Source: Chthoniobacteraceae bacterium (GTDB lineage: Bacteria; Verrucomicrobiota; Verrucomicrobiia; Chthoniobacterales; Chthoniobacteraceae). Taken from it: a DNA stretch of 64,000 nucleotides. Below the pieces are notes generated by a model. The model did not search any database and was not told the DNA's origin. It saw only the letters and a list, made by a program, of their open reading frames with translations. Location: contig JANOAZ010000201.1 in assembly GCA_031411395.1 (NCBI GenBank), positions 15,096 through 79,095 of the forward strand. Direction: 5' to 3'. The first letter of the stretch is position 1. Each line of letters starts with the position of its first letter. Shown here piece by piece: positions 39,555-51,600 of this stretch. Made by a program: the position numbers and the translations under genes.

Positions 39555-40985
39555 TCAGGTCGAGACGTGTTTTGGGGACCGGCTTTTATGGGCGAGGAAA
39601 CTTTCTGCGAGGGATCGACGGCTGATTTTGCCGCGCTCGTTGGTGGGAATCTCCGGGACGATCCACACCTCACGCGGAATCTGCCATCCGCTGAGGCGAC
39701 TCTGGCAAAAGCGCATCATCGCCGGCGACTCGATGCCTTCCCCAGCCACGCAGGCCACCGCTTCCTCGCCGCGCAACGCGGAAGGAACGCCGAAGACCAC
39801 GACTTGCCGCACACCGGGAAACTCCGCGAGTCGCGCTTCGACTTCGAGCGGGTTGAGTTTGCGTCCGGCGATATTGATCACTTCCGAAGCGCGACCGACC
39901 AGCCGCAGACCGCGCGTGTCGCAGCAGACCAGATCGCCGGGAATGAAGCGGCCACCGCCAAGCTGGGAGCGGTCGCTCTGCGGAAAATAATCGTCGCCCA
40001 CCGCCGCACTGCGCACCTCGATGGCACCACCCGGTTCGCCGACCGGAGAGATCTCGACGCCGCGCATCGGCTGCCCGACGAAACCTTCCTCGCAGTCCAG
40101 TTCCCCGCTCGCGTCGTAGGCGATGCCGCCGCATTCCGACGAGCCGTAGAAGGCGTGGATCTTCAGGCCGAACGCGGCGGTGAAATTCGCCGCGGCGACT
40201 GGAGGCAGGAGCGACCCTGCAGAAATGCAAAGGCGCAGCGCGGGAAGTGCCGGTGGATTCTGCATCTCGGCGAGCTTTTGGAAGAAGACCGGCATGCCGG
40301 GAAAGACGGTCGCACCGCTGCTCGCGAGGTCATTGAGAATGGCGCGCGGCATCCGGTCCTCGCTGGCCACGAGCGGGATCCCGCGGCAGAGGAGCGGCGT
40401 CACGAGATTGCTGAAGCCGTAGGAATGCGAGAAGGGGATCACGCCGAAATTCAGGTCGCGCCCGGTGATTCCCATCGTGTCGCAGATGCTCTCGCAATCG
40501 GCGACAAGTTGCTCCGCGCGAAAGCGAATCGCCCGCGGCCGGCTGGTCGTTCCCGAGGTGAGCTTGAGCAATACCGGCACGGGCGCATCCCATGCGGGCG
40601 GGACCGCGGCGGGCGCGGCGCCGCAAGTAATTCGCAACTCCCCCCCGGCCATCGTGACGAGCCGCGCGACCTGGCAGGTCGAGAGCGCGAGGTCGAGCTC
40701 CCCATTCTCCATATGCCGCCCCAAAGGCAGCACCACGAGCCGCCGACGGAGCAGCGCGAGGAGCAGTGCGGGCCAGCGCCGATCGTTGCCGATTTGCACG
40801 GCAACGACCGAGTGCGCGGGAAGTTCGGCAAATCCCTCTTCGAAGTCCGCCGACTCGGCCTCGATCTCCGCGAAAGTCCGCAAAACCTCGCCCGACGGCG
40901 CGCGCACCGCGGGGGCTTCTCCCTGCCGCGTGAGCGTCATTTTCCATGCGGCGAGCAGCGCATTTTCGGTCGGGGATGAGGTCAC
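39555..40985 (-). CDS. Class I adenylate-forming enzyme (acyl-CoA synthetase)
   Basis: [27 protein letters not shown]...I...[11 protein letters not shown]. Confidence 0.9.
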   Translation of the reverse strand: MTSSPTENALLAAWKMTLTRQGEAPAVRAPSGEVLRTFAEIEAESADFEEGFAELPAHSVVAVQIGNDRRWPALLLALLRRRLVVLPLGRHMENGELDLALSTCQVARLVTMAGGELRITCGAAPAAVPPAWDAPVPVLLKLTSGTTSRPRAIRFRAEQLVADCESICDTMGITGRDLNFGVIPFSHSYGFSNLVTPLLCRGIPLVASEDRMPRAILNDLASSGATVFPGMPVFFQKLAEMQNPPALPALRLCISAGSLLPPVAAANFTAAFGLKIHAFYGSSECGGIAYDASGELDCEEGFVGQPMRGVEISPVGEPGGAIEVRSAAVGDDYFPQSDRSQLGGGRFIPGDLVCCDTRGLRLVGRASEVINIAGRKLNPLEVEARLAEFPGVRQVVVFGVPSALRGEEAVACVAGEGIESPAMMRFCQSRLSGWQIPREVWIVPEIPTNERGKISRRSLAESFLAHKSRSPKHVST

Positions 40986-41054
40986 GAAAATTGTCGGAGT
41001 TTTTGTTTGCGGGCCTCACATCGGCTGTTAGCGTCCTACTCCCTTTTCCAAGCC

Positions 41055-41276
41055 ATGAAAGCAGATATTCATCCAGACTATAACGAGACCAACATCAGTT
41101 GCGCGTGTGGCACCACCTATCGCACTCGTTCCACCAAGCGCGACATCAAGGTCGGTATCTGCGCAGCCTGCCACCCATTTTTTACCGGCGAACAAAAATT
41201 CGTCGATACCGCCGGACGCATCGAGAAATTCTCCCGCCGCTACGGCAGCGCTGAATCCCGCAAGAAGAGCGCTTAG
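41055..41276 (+). CDS. rpmE: 50S ribosomal protein L31 (Zn-binding type)
   Basis: MKADIHPDY...CACG...[24 protein letters not shown]. Confidence 0.96.
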   Translation: MKADIHPDYNETNISCACGTTYRTRSTKRDIKVGICAACHPFFTGEQKFVDTAGRIEKFSRRYGSAESRKKSA

Positions 41277-41298
41277 CTCCCCGATCGCCAGTTTTCAG

Positions 41299-41337
41299 AC
41301 GGTGAAGACGCCCCGTGCGTCTTCACCGTTTTCTTTT
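41299..41337 (+). terminator. Rho-independent terminator after rpmE
   Basis: ACGGTGAAGACGC-cccgt-GCGTCTTCACCGT followed by TTTCTTTT. Confidence 0.8.
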
Positions 41338-41340
41338 GAT

Positions 41341-41426
41341 GGAGAAAGGAGACAGGAGTCAGGACCCAGCATGATTCCACAGCGTGTGCCTCCTGATTTC
41401 TGACTCCTGACTCCTGACTTCTCTCC
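41341..41426. repeat. Inverted element with heptamer units (CTCCTGA) abutting the prfA start
   Basis: GGAGAAAGGAGACAGGAGTCAGGA ... TCCTGATTTCTGACTCCTGACTCCTGACTTCTCTCC-ATG. Confidence 0.75.
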
Positions 41427-42527
41427 ATGGATTTCACCTCTCTCATTTCCCAAAGCACCGATCGCTTCCGCGAACTCGAAGCCGAGATCGCGTCGGGCAA
41501 TCTCTATGCCGACCCCCGGCGGGCGAAGGAGATGCTGCGTGAACACACGCGGTTGAAGGCCTTGCTTGCGGATTGGGAGCAATTGCAAAAATCGCGGACG
41601 CAGCTCGCCGAGGATCAGGAACTCGCAAAGGGCGAGGATGCGGAAATGGCCGAGCTCGCGCTGGCCGAAATTCCGGAACTCGAAAAGCAGGTCGAGGCGC
41701 TGAATGAGAAGGTGCAATACTCGCTGCTCCCGCCGGACCCCAATGAAGAGCGGGATGCGATCGTGGAAATCCGCGCCGGTACCGGCGGCGACGAGGCCGG
41801 CTTGTTCGCGGCCGATCTTTACCGGATGTACACCCGTTTCGCGGAGGCGAATGGCTTCAAGATCGAGACGCTCGAATCCAGTGGCGGGGACTTGGGTGGA
41901 ATGAAGGAAGTCATCTTCAAGGTCAGCGGCGATCAGGTCTTTCGGACGCTGCGTTACGAGAGCGGTGTGCATCGCGTGCAGCGCGTGCCGGCCACGGAGG
42001 CGCAGGGGCGAATCCACACCAGCACGGCGACCGTCGCCGTCCTGCCCGAGGCGGAGGAGGTGGATCTCGAACTCAAGCCCGAGGAAATCCGCATCGAAGT
42101 CTGCCGCGCCGGCGGTCCCGGCGGCCAGGGGGTGAACACGACCGACTCCGCGGTGCAGGTCATGCACATTCCCACCGGCACCATCGTGCGCTGTCAGGAC
42201 GGTCGTTCACAGCAGAAGAACAAGGAGAAGGCGCTCACCATTCTCCGCTCCCGGCTCCTCGAGGTGAAGCAACGCGAGGAAGCCGAGAAATACGCGGCGC
42301 ATCGGAAGAGCCAGATCGGCACGGGCGACCGCAGCGAGAAGATCCGCACTTACAATTTCTCCGAGAACCGCGTCAGCGATCACCGGATCAAACTGACGCT
42401 CTACAGCCTCGACCGTTTCCTCAATGGCGACATCGGCGAGATGATCCACGCGCTGCAAGCCGCGGATATGGAGGACCGGCTGGCGGCGGCGAATCTCGGC
42501 GGGACGGCGGCGATCGGCTCGGTCTAA
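41427..42527 (+). CDS. prfA: Peptide chain release factor 1
   Basis: EIRAGTGGDEA, ESGVHRVQRVPATE (PxT motif), GGPGGQGVN, IRTYNF. Confidence 0.96.
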   Translation: MDFTSLISQSTDRFRELEAEIASGNLYADPRRAKEMLREHTRLKALLADWEQLQKSRTQLAEDQELAKGEDAEMAELALAEIPELEKQVEALNEKVQYSLLPPDPNEERDAIVEIRAGTGGDEAGLFAADLYRMYTRFAEANGFKIETLESSGGDLGGMKEVIFKVSGDQVFRTLRYESGVHRVQRVPATEAQGRIHTSTATVAVLPEAEEVDLELKPEEIRIEVCRAGGPGGQGVNTTDSAVQVMHIPTGTIVRCQDGRSQQKNKEKALTILRSRLLEVKQREEAEKYAAHRKSQIGTGDRSEKIRTYNFSENRVSDHRIKLTLYSLDRFLNGDIGEMIHALQAADMEDRLAAANLGGTAAIGSV

Positions 42528-42675
42528 TTGCTCGCGACGGTTTTTCCGGAATGATGCGATCGGCGATCGCTTCATTGTGCATTTATCGTTTTTGATTTAC
42601 GCGCCGGAATCGTGGGCGAAAGTCGCGAAAGGCAATGGTGTGATTGGGTAGCTCCCCCGGTTCACCTCGAGTTTC

Positions 42676-45600
42676 ATGATTCCCCCAAATCCCACGAAGT
42701 CCCGCTCCAGAGACGTAAGCGTCCCCCATCCTGGGCGCGTCCGCTCCAGCCACGGCGTCGAACCGCTCGAATCCCGGATCGCGCCGGCGGCGCTTTTTCC
42801 GGAGTTCGTCGATCCGAATCCTTCGGCAGGCAATGGGTTTGGAGCGTTCATCGTTCCGCTGATCACGGGGAAGGTCGTCGTCACTTCGCCGCAGGCGGAT
42901 GTAGGCGGGACGGATACGGGCGCAGTGTATCTTTACGACGGCGCGACCGGCGCGCTGATCAGCACGCTCGTGGGCAGCCGGCCGGGCGACCAGGTGGGCA
43001 GCACCGGCATCACGGCACTGACCAATGGCAACTTCGTGGTGCGCAGCGCCAATTGGGACAACGGCGGCGTGGTCGATGCCGGGGCAGTGACGTGGGGGCA
43101 CGGGATGAATGGAGTGAACGGGGCGGTGAATCCGGGGAACAGCCTCGTGGGCAGCACGACGAGCGATCAGGTGGGGATCACGGGTGTGAGTCCGTTGGGC
43201 AACGGGCACTTCGTGGTGCGAAGCGCCGTCTGGGACAATGGCGGAGCGGTGGATGCTGGAGCGGTGACGTGGGGGAATGGGACGACGGGAGTGAACGGCC
43301 CGGTGAGCGCAGCCAACAGCCTCGTGGGCATGACGGCGAGCGATGGCGTCGGAACCACCTTGGTGACATTGAGCAATGGAAACTACGTGGTCGGCAGCCC
43401 CAGTTGGGACAATGGCGGGCTGGCCAATGTCGGCGCCGCGACCTGGGGGAACGGGACGGTGGGAGTGAGCGGCGCCGTGAGCCCGGCCAACAGCCTGGTA
43501 GGAGCCACGGCGGGCGATCAGGTGACCATGGCCTCGATCGGCGTCGGCATCGCGGCATTGACCAATGGGAACTACGTGGTGCGCAGCGAAAACTGGGATA
43601 ACGGCGGGGTGGTGAATGCCGGTGCGGCAACGTGGGGAGACGGGACGACGGGAGTGAGCGGCAGCGTGAGTGTCGCCAACAGTCTGGTGGGCTCCAGGCT
43701 GGGCGATTTCGTGAGCAGTGGCGGCATCGCGATGTTGACCAACGGGAACTACGTGGTGCGCAGCCAGTCGTGGGACAATGGCGTGGCGGCGGCGAATGCC
43801 GGAGCGGCCACCTGGGGGAGCGGTACTGCGGGAGTGATCGGCGCGGTGAGCGCGGCCAACAGCCTGGTGGGCTCGACGGCGAACAATAACGTGAGCAGCA
43901 ACAACGTCCTGGCCTTGCCCAACGGGAACTACGTGGTGCTCAGCCTCGGGTGGGACGACGGCGGGACCGCCAATGTCGGAGCAGCGACATGGGGAGACGG
44001 GACGACGGGGATCAGCGGCGTGGTGAGTGCGGCCAACAGTCTCGTAGGCACCACCGCGGACGACGCCGTGGGCAACTCCAGCACGATCTTGAGCAACGGG
44101 AACTACGTGTTGCGCAGCCCCAATTGGGACAACGGACCGGTGGCGAATGCCGGAGCGGTGACGTGGGGAAATGCGGCGACGGGAATCAGCGGCCCGGTGA
44201 GCCAGGCCAACAGTCTCGTGGGGACCGCGGCGGAAGACCAGGTGGGCAACTCCCTCGTGCTGGCATTGACCAACGGGAACTACGTGGTGAGCAGCAGCCT
44301 TTGGGACGACGGTCCGGTGGCGGACGTCGGCGCAGTAACTTGGGGGAACGGGGTGACGGGCTCGATCGGCGCGGTGAGTACGGCCAACAGCCTTGTGGGC
44401 AGCACGCAGAGCGACCAACTGGGCAACAGCGGCGCCCTCACCGCGTTGACCAACGGGAACTACGTCGTGCGCAGCCTTAATTGGGACAACGGCCCGGTGG
44501 TGGATGCCGGGGCGGTGACTTGGGGGAGCGGGGCCGCGGGAGTGATCGGCACCGTGAGCCCGGCCAACAGCCTCGTGGGCAGCACCACGTCCGACCAGGT
44601 CGGCACCGGCGGCGTCGCGGCTTTGACCAACGGGAACTACGTGGTGCGCAGTACCAATTGGGACAATGGGGCGATAGTGAATGCCGGCGCGGCGACGTGG
44701 GGCAATGGGGCGTCCGGGGTGACCGGCGCGGTGAGCCCCGCCAACAGCCTCGTCGGCAGCACCGCGAACGATAACGTGAGCAACACCGGGGGCATTGGCG
44801 GAATTCCTTTGCCCAACGGCAACTACGTCGTGACCAGCGGCAACTGGGACAACGGCGCACTGGTGAATGCCGGAGCGGTGACGTGGGGGAGCGGTGCGGC
44901 AGGAGTGACCGGCGAAGTGACCGTGGCCAACAGCACACTCGGCCTTGTCGCGAACGCAGGCCCCGTGGCGCATATCGTTGACACCACAAACAACAACTTC
45001 ATCTCCCGCTTTTCCGGCGAAGGAAAAATCCGCGTCCGCTCGATGGACGATGGCCTCGCCGCGCCCGGCGGCAGCCTCGCTTCCACGCTCATCGGCGGCA
45101 CCCTCACGATCCTCGACACGGCCGGCGTGCTGAACAACCTGAGCGTCACCGTCACCGCCGGCAATCTCGTCATCACCGACGCGAACGAACAATTCGCCAG
45201 CGCGCCCGCCGGAGCCACGCTCAGCAACGGCTTCAGGACCCTGACCATCGCGCTCTCCGCGATCACCGCGGGCTTCACCTTCGACGGCGCGGGCGGCGAC
45301 GACCTGCTCACGCTCGATTTCAGCGGCGGCAATGTCATCCCGAACGGCGGCATCCTTTTTCAAGCCGCAGCGCAGGGCGCCCTCGGCGACTCGCTCGCCA
45401 TCACCGGCGGCACGACCGGCACGGTGACGCACAGCTTCACGAATGCAACCGACGGCAGCGTGACGCTCGCCGGCGCACTCGCGGGGACGATCAGCTACAC
45501 CGGCGTCGAGCCGATCACCGACAACCTCGCGGCAGCCGACCGCGGGTTCACTTTCAACGGCGGCGCGGAGGCAATCAGCGTCAGCGATGCGGCGGGCGCG

Positions 45601-48600
45601 GCCATGCTCATCGATTCGAGCGTCGGCGCGCCGGTGACCTTCCCGAACCCGACGACCTCGATCACGATCAACGCCGGCAGCGGGGACGACACGATCAACA
45701 TCACCTCACTGGACGCCGCCTACACGGGTGCGCTCACGATCCTCGGCGACGCGGCGAACGACAATATCTCGCTCGCGGGGGGGCTGCCGAATCTGGCGGC
45801 GCTGACCACGAATTCGGAAACGCTCGGTGCGTTGCCAGCCCTGACTCTCGGTGCAGGCGGGCTGCATCTCACCACCGGCACCGGCGGGATCATCCTGAAC
45901 GGCGCGATTTCGTCCGCTGGCAATTCGACTTTGGACAGTGCGGCGGGGATCACCTTCAACCAGTCCATCGCGATGGCGGTGAACACGAACCTCACGGTCA
46001 ACGCGCTCGGCACGAGCAACGGGACGATCAACTTCGCCACCGCGAACGCCGACCTCGCCGCGAGCGGCACCGGCGCGATCTCGCTGACGACGGTTCGGAA
46101 TATTTTGATGACCACCGTCGGGGCGAGCGTGAGGACCGTGAATGGCGACATCACGATGAATGCAAACCAGCAGGCCGTGCAAACGTCGGGAGACTTCTTC
46201 GGAGTCCGAGTTGACGACGGTTTGATCGAGGCGAGCGGGACCGGGAGCATTGCGATCAACGGCCGGGGTGGGATCGATCCCGCCGGCGTATTCACATGTG
46301 GGCTCAGCTTTATAAACACCCCGGTTAGGACCAATACCGGTTCCATCACCATGGCCGGAGTGGGAGGCCAAACCCTGGGTAACCAGAATAATGGTCTGCA
46401 AGTGCATACCGGCGGGATTGTGGAAAGCACTGGCGGCGGCTCGATCGATCTCACCGGCACCGGCGGCGGCGGAAACAACGCTCCGGGAACCGGACAGGTC
46501 ATGCATGGAATTCGTGTGCTGCTCGGCGGCATCGTGCGCACCACTGCTGCGGGCAACATCACTCTCACCGGCACGGGTGGCGCGGTGGGCTCCGCCTCGG
46601 ACAACTACGGCGTGCGGATCGACAATGCGGGAGCGCTGACGAGCAGCGGCTTCGGCACGATCACGATCAACGCCACGGGCGGCGCGAACAATGCCCCGGC
46701 CTTCCGCACCGACACCGGCACGAACCGTGTCGGCTTCGACGGCGTGAACCCCTACACGGGAGCCATCGTCATCAACGCCGACTCGATGGACATCGCCAAC
46801 GCGACCATCCAGACCGCGGGCACCGCGACGCTGCGGCAGAAGACGAACACCACGCAGATCAATCTCGGCGCCGCGGATTCGGGCGGCGTGCTCGGGCTGA
46901 CGAATGCGGAGTTGGATCAAGTGACCGCTGGCACGTTGCAGATCGGCGACGCGAGCAGCGGCGCGATCACCGTCAGCGCGGCCATTTTACACGCGAACAA
47001 TCTCACGTTCACGACAGGGGCGGGCGTCTCGGGCGCGGGCGCGCTCACGCTCGCGCCGGGAAAAAATCTCGGCGTCACCGCGAGCGGCGCGATCAATCTC
47101 ACCGGGCCACTGGTGGTGCCGGGGACCGCGACCTTCACCGCAGGAGCGAATGCGATCACGCTCACGAATGCGGGCAACGACTTCGGCGGCGCGGTCGCGC
47201 TCAGCAATTCCGGCACGGGCAACGTCTCGATCGTGGACGCGAATGCGCTGACGCTCGGCGCTTCGACCGTCGGCACGGGCACGCTCGCGGCGACCGCGGG
47301 CGGCGCGCTGACGGTGAGCGGCGCGATCGGATTCGGCGGCGGCTTGAACCTCACCGTCAACGGTGCGGATCAGCCGCTCTTCGTGCAAGGCACGCTGACC
47401 AAGGCGAGCGGGGGCAACGCGACGGCGAACCTGAAAGCGACGGGGGAGGTGCGGTTTGAAAGTTCCGCCGACCTCACGGTGGGCGCGGGCGCACTGGCGC
47501 TGATCCTGAATTCCGATAGCGACGCGAACAACGCGGGTGGCGTCTTGATCGACACTGGCTCCGTGCTCGCGACGAATGGCGGCAATGTGACGATCGGAGG
47601 AGGGGCTTCACCGGCCACGACGCCGACGGGTGGGTTTGACGGAGCTTTCGCCAATCGCGGTGTCTTGATCATCACCGGTGGCTCCATCGATGCCGGTGCG
47701 GGCAACGTCTCGATCCAGGGTCATGGGCGCGACGGTGGGGCGGGGTTCGCCACCGCCATCGAGATCCAGGGTTCGGTGACCACGACCACCGGCTCGATCA
47801 CGTTCGTCGGCACGGGTGGGAATAATGCCGTCAACCTCGGCAACGGCGTGCAAGTGCAAGGCGTGGTGGAGAGCACGGCCGGCGGCTCGATCAACCTCAA
47901 CGGCACCGCCGCGGGCACAGGACAGGCGAACCTCGGCATCAGAATCTTTGCCACTGGTACGGTTCGCACGACCGGCGCGGGGAACATTACCATCACCGGG
48001 ACCGGCAGCGCGACTGGAACGAACACGAGCAACTACGGCGTGAGCTTCGCGAGCGGCAGCACGGTCGCGATCGCCGGGTCCGGCGCGATCGCGATCAATG
48101 CCAATGCTGGCGCCAACTCCGCTGCCTTCTTCATGGCCACCGGCACGAACCGCATCGGCTTCGACGGCGTGACTCCCTACTCGGGAAACATCACGATCAA
48201 CGCCAACAGCGTCTCGCTCGCTGAGCACAGCATCGTTACGACGAGCACCGTCACCTTCCTCCCGCTCACGGCGAGCGCGACGATCAGCCTCGGCGGCGCG
48301 GCCATGCTCGATCTTACGGACGCCGAACTCGATGGCGTCACGGCGGGCCTGGTGCAGATCGGCAACGGCACGGGCGGCCCTATCACCATCGGCGCGGCGA
48401 TCACCCACGCGAACGACCTTTCGCTCACCACCGGCGCAGGCGTGACCTTCAACCAACCGGTAACGATGGTGGTGAACAAAAGCCTGACGGCCACCGCGGG
48501 GGCGACCGGCACTGTGACCGTCGGCGCCGCCCTGACGGCGAGCGGCACGGGTGCCATTCAACTCACGGGGCAGGACGTGACGGGCGCGGGAACGATCGCC

Positions 48601-51600
48601 ACGGATGGCGGCTTGACCGTGAGCAACACCGGCACCGCCAGCACGCTCTCGAATGCGATCAGCGGCACTGGATCGCTCACGAAAACCGGCAGCGGCACGC
48701 TGACGCTGAGCGCGAGCAATTCCTACTCGGGTTCGACCGTCGTCAACGGCGGCACGTTGCTCATCGATGGCACCCTCACCAATACCGCGAGTGTCGCCGC
48801 AGTGACCGGGGCCACGCTCGGAGGCATCGGAACGATCGCGGCGCCGGTCACCACCAACAATGGCCGGCTGGCTCCCGGTGGCAGCCCGGGTGCCCTGAGC
48901 ACTGGCAGCGTCGCCTTCAATCCGGTCAGCAACTTCGACGTGGAGATCAACGGCGCCGCATTGGCAAGCCACGATCAACTCAACGTCACCGGCAGCGTCA
49001 CGCTCACCGGCGTCAATCTGAACCCGACCGGCAGCATCACCTCCGTCCCCGGCCAGCAGGTCGTCCTGATCGCCAACGACGCCGCCGAGCCGGTCAGCGG
49101 AACCTTCAACGGCCTGATCGAAGGCGCGGCGGTCACGGTCAACGGCGTCACCTTCAACATCACCTACGCCGGCGGCACCGATAACAACGACGTGGTGCTG
49201 GTGCAGCCGGCCCCGCCGGTGATCGAGACCGAGCTCACGCTCGTGGCCGGCGACCTGGTCATCACCGACATCGCCGCCGGCGGCCACAGTGGCACGCTCA
49301 CCCTCCAGCCGCAGCCGGGCAATGGCCTCTACCTCATCACCGATCCGAATCGCAACCTCGCGGCGACCGGCATCCCCGGCGCCAACGTCAGCCCGGACCT
49401 GCACACCGTCACTGTGCCCTTCGCGGCGGTCACCGGCACGCAGATCCTCGTCAACTCCCTCGCGGGCGACGACACGCTGACTGTGGACCTCGCGCTCGGG
49501 CCGCTGGCCAAAACGCTCAGCTTCGACGGCGGCACCCATGCCGGGGAGGGCGACAAGCTTTCCGTCACCGGTCCCGCGGTCACGACCGCCACATTCGCCT
49601 TCATCAATGCCCAGGCCGGCGGCATCACGCTGGCGGGCAGCTCGGGCATCACCTACACCGGACTCGAGGGCGTGGACACGAGCATTCCCAGCACGAATCT
49701 CACGCTCAACTACGACGCAAGCGCGCCGAACACCATCACGGTCACCGACGGCGGCGGTGGCAAAACCACGGTCGCGGCGACCGAGGGCGCGACGCTGAAG
49801 GTCGTGAATCCGTCCGGCACGCTGACCGTCAACGGCGGCTCGGGCGGCGACACGTTCAACCTCGACTCCCTGTCCAATTTTGCGGGCGCGCTGACCTTCG
49901 ACGGGAAAGTCGGCACGGATGCCGTGAATCTCGCCGCCGGTCTTCCGACGATGGCCGGCCTCACGGTGGTCGCGGAAACGATCGCGGCGCTGCCCGCGCT
50001 GACCATCGGCGCGGGCGGGCTCGCAATCACCGCGACGGCGGGCGCGATCACGCAAGTGGGCGCGCTCAACGTCACCGGGTTGGCGTCCTTTGACGCGGGC
50101 GCAAATGCGATCACGCTTACCAATGCGGCGAATGCGTTCGGCACTGTGAGCATCGGAGGCGGTGGCACCGTCTCGCTGCTCGACGACAGCGGCTTCGAAC
50201 TCGGAGCGGCGAATGTCTCGACGCTCCTGTCGGTCGAAAGCGCGGGCGCGATCACGCAAAGCGCGCCGATCACCGGCACCGGCGGCCTGACGAAGCTCGG
50301 CCTCGGCACGCTCACGCTTTCGGCGGCAAACACCTACACTGGCCCGACGAACGTCAACACAGGGACGCTCCTCGTGAATGGCTCGCTCGCCGACGGCGCG
50401 GCGGCCACGGACGTGACCGTCGCCCCCGGCGCGACGCTGGGCGGCACCGGCACGATCAACGGCAGCGTCGCCAACTCCGGCACGGTGCAGCCCGGCGGCA
50501 CCGGCGCGGCGGGGACGATCACGATTACCGGCGCTTACTCGCAGGGCGCGGGCGGCACGCTCGCGGCGGAGCTGGGCGGGACGGGCGCGGGGCAGTTCGA
50601 CGTGCTCAACGTCGGCGCTACCGCGACGCTCGATGGGACGCTGAACGCCACGGTCCTCGGCGGGTTCACCCCGCCCTTGAACAGCACCTATCAGATCCTC
50701 GCCGCGGGCACGCGGAGCGGCACCTTCGCGACCACCAATGTGCCGCCGGGCTTCGTCGCCTTGTTTCCCGGAGCGGCCGTGTTGCTCGCCGCGCCGCTCG
50801 ACCCGCTGCTGGTCACCACCACGGCCGATGTGGTGAACGCCGGCGACGCGCTCACTTCGCTGCGCGAAGCGATCACCTTCGCGAACGGCAACGCCGGGCT
50901 GGACACGATCACCTTCGCCATCCCCGGCGGCGGCGTGCAGACGATCGTGCCGACGAGCGCACTGCCGACGATCACCAGTGCGCTGGTGATCGACGGCTAC
51001 AGCCAGCCGGGATCGAGCGTGAACACGGCCACGGCCGGCAGCAACGCGGTGCCCTTGATCGTGCTCAATGGCGCGACCGCCGGTGCCTCTTCCAACGGCC
51101 TCACGCTGACCGCCGGCGGCAGCACGATCCGCGGCCTGGTCATCAACGGCTTCACCGCCCATGGCATCCGGCTCACTGGCGCGACCGCGGACGGGAATGT
51201 GATCGAGGGGAATTTCATCGGGACGAACGCGAGCGGCGGCGCGGGGCCGGGAATCACCGGCGCGGCCGTCTTCATCGACGCTGGAGCCGGGGCCAACCTC
51301 ATCGGTGGCACGACGCTCGCCTCGCGAAACATCCTCTCGAACAGCTTGCAGGGTGTCTTCATCACCGGCGCGGGCAGCGGCGGGAATACGATCCACGGCA
51401 ACCTCATCGGAACCAATGCCGCCGGCACCGCGGGCCTTCCCAACGCCTCGGGCATTCACACCCAAAGCCCCGGAACCATCATCGGGGGCGCCGGCGCCAA
51501 CGAGGGAAACGTGCTGTCGGGAAATAACTTCAAGGGCATTCACATCGATGGCCCGGCTGGGGCGAGAAGCGCGGTGATCCTTGGAAATCTCATCGGCACG

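Noticed and set aside
42610-42660. Possible c-di-GMP riboswitch upstream of the giant gene (GGGCGAAA...GAAAG)
   Set aside because: Lacks the paired P2 stem and downstream conserved elements; would need an Infernal/Rfam hit
43015-44940. Regularly spaced repeats considered as a CRISPR array
   Set aside because: They are ~180-bp degenerate coding repeats in frame within a protein, with no unique spacers and no cas genes
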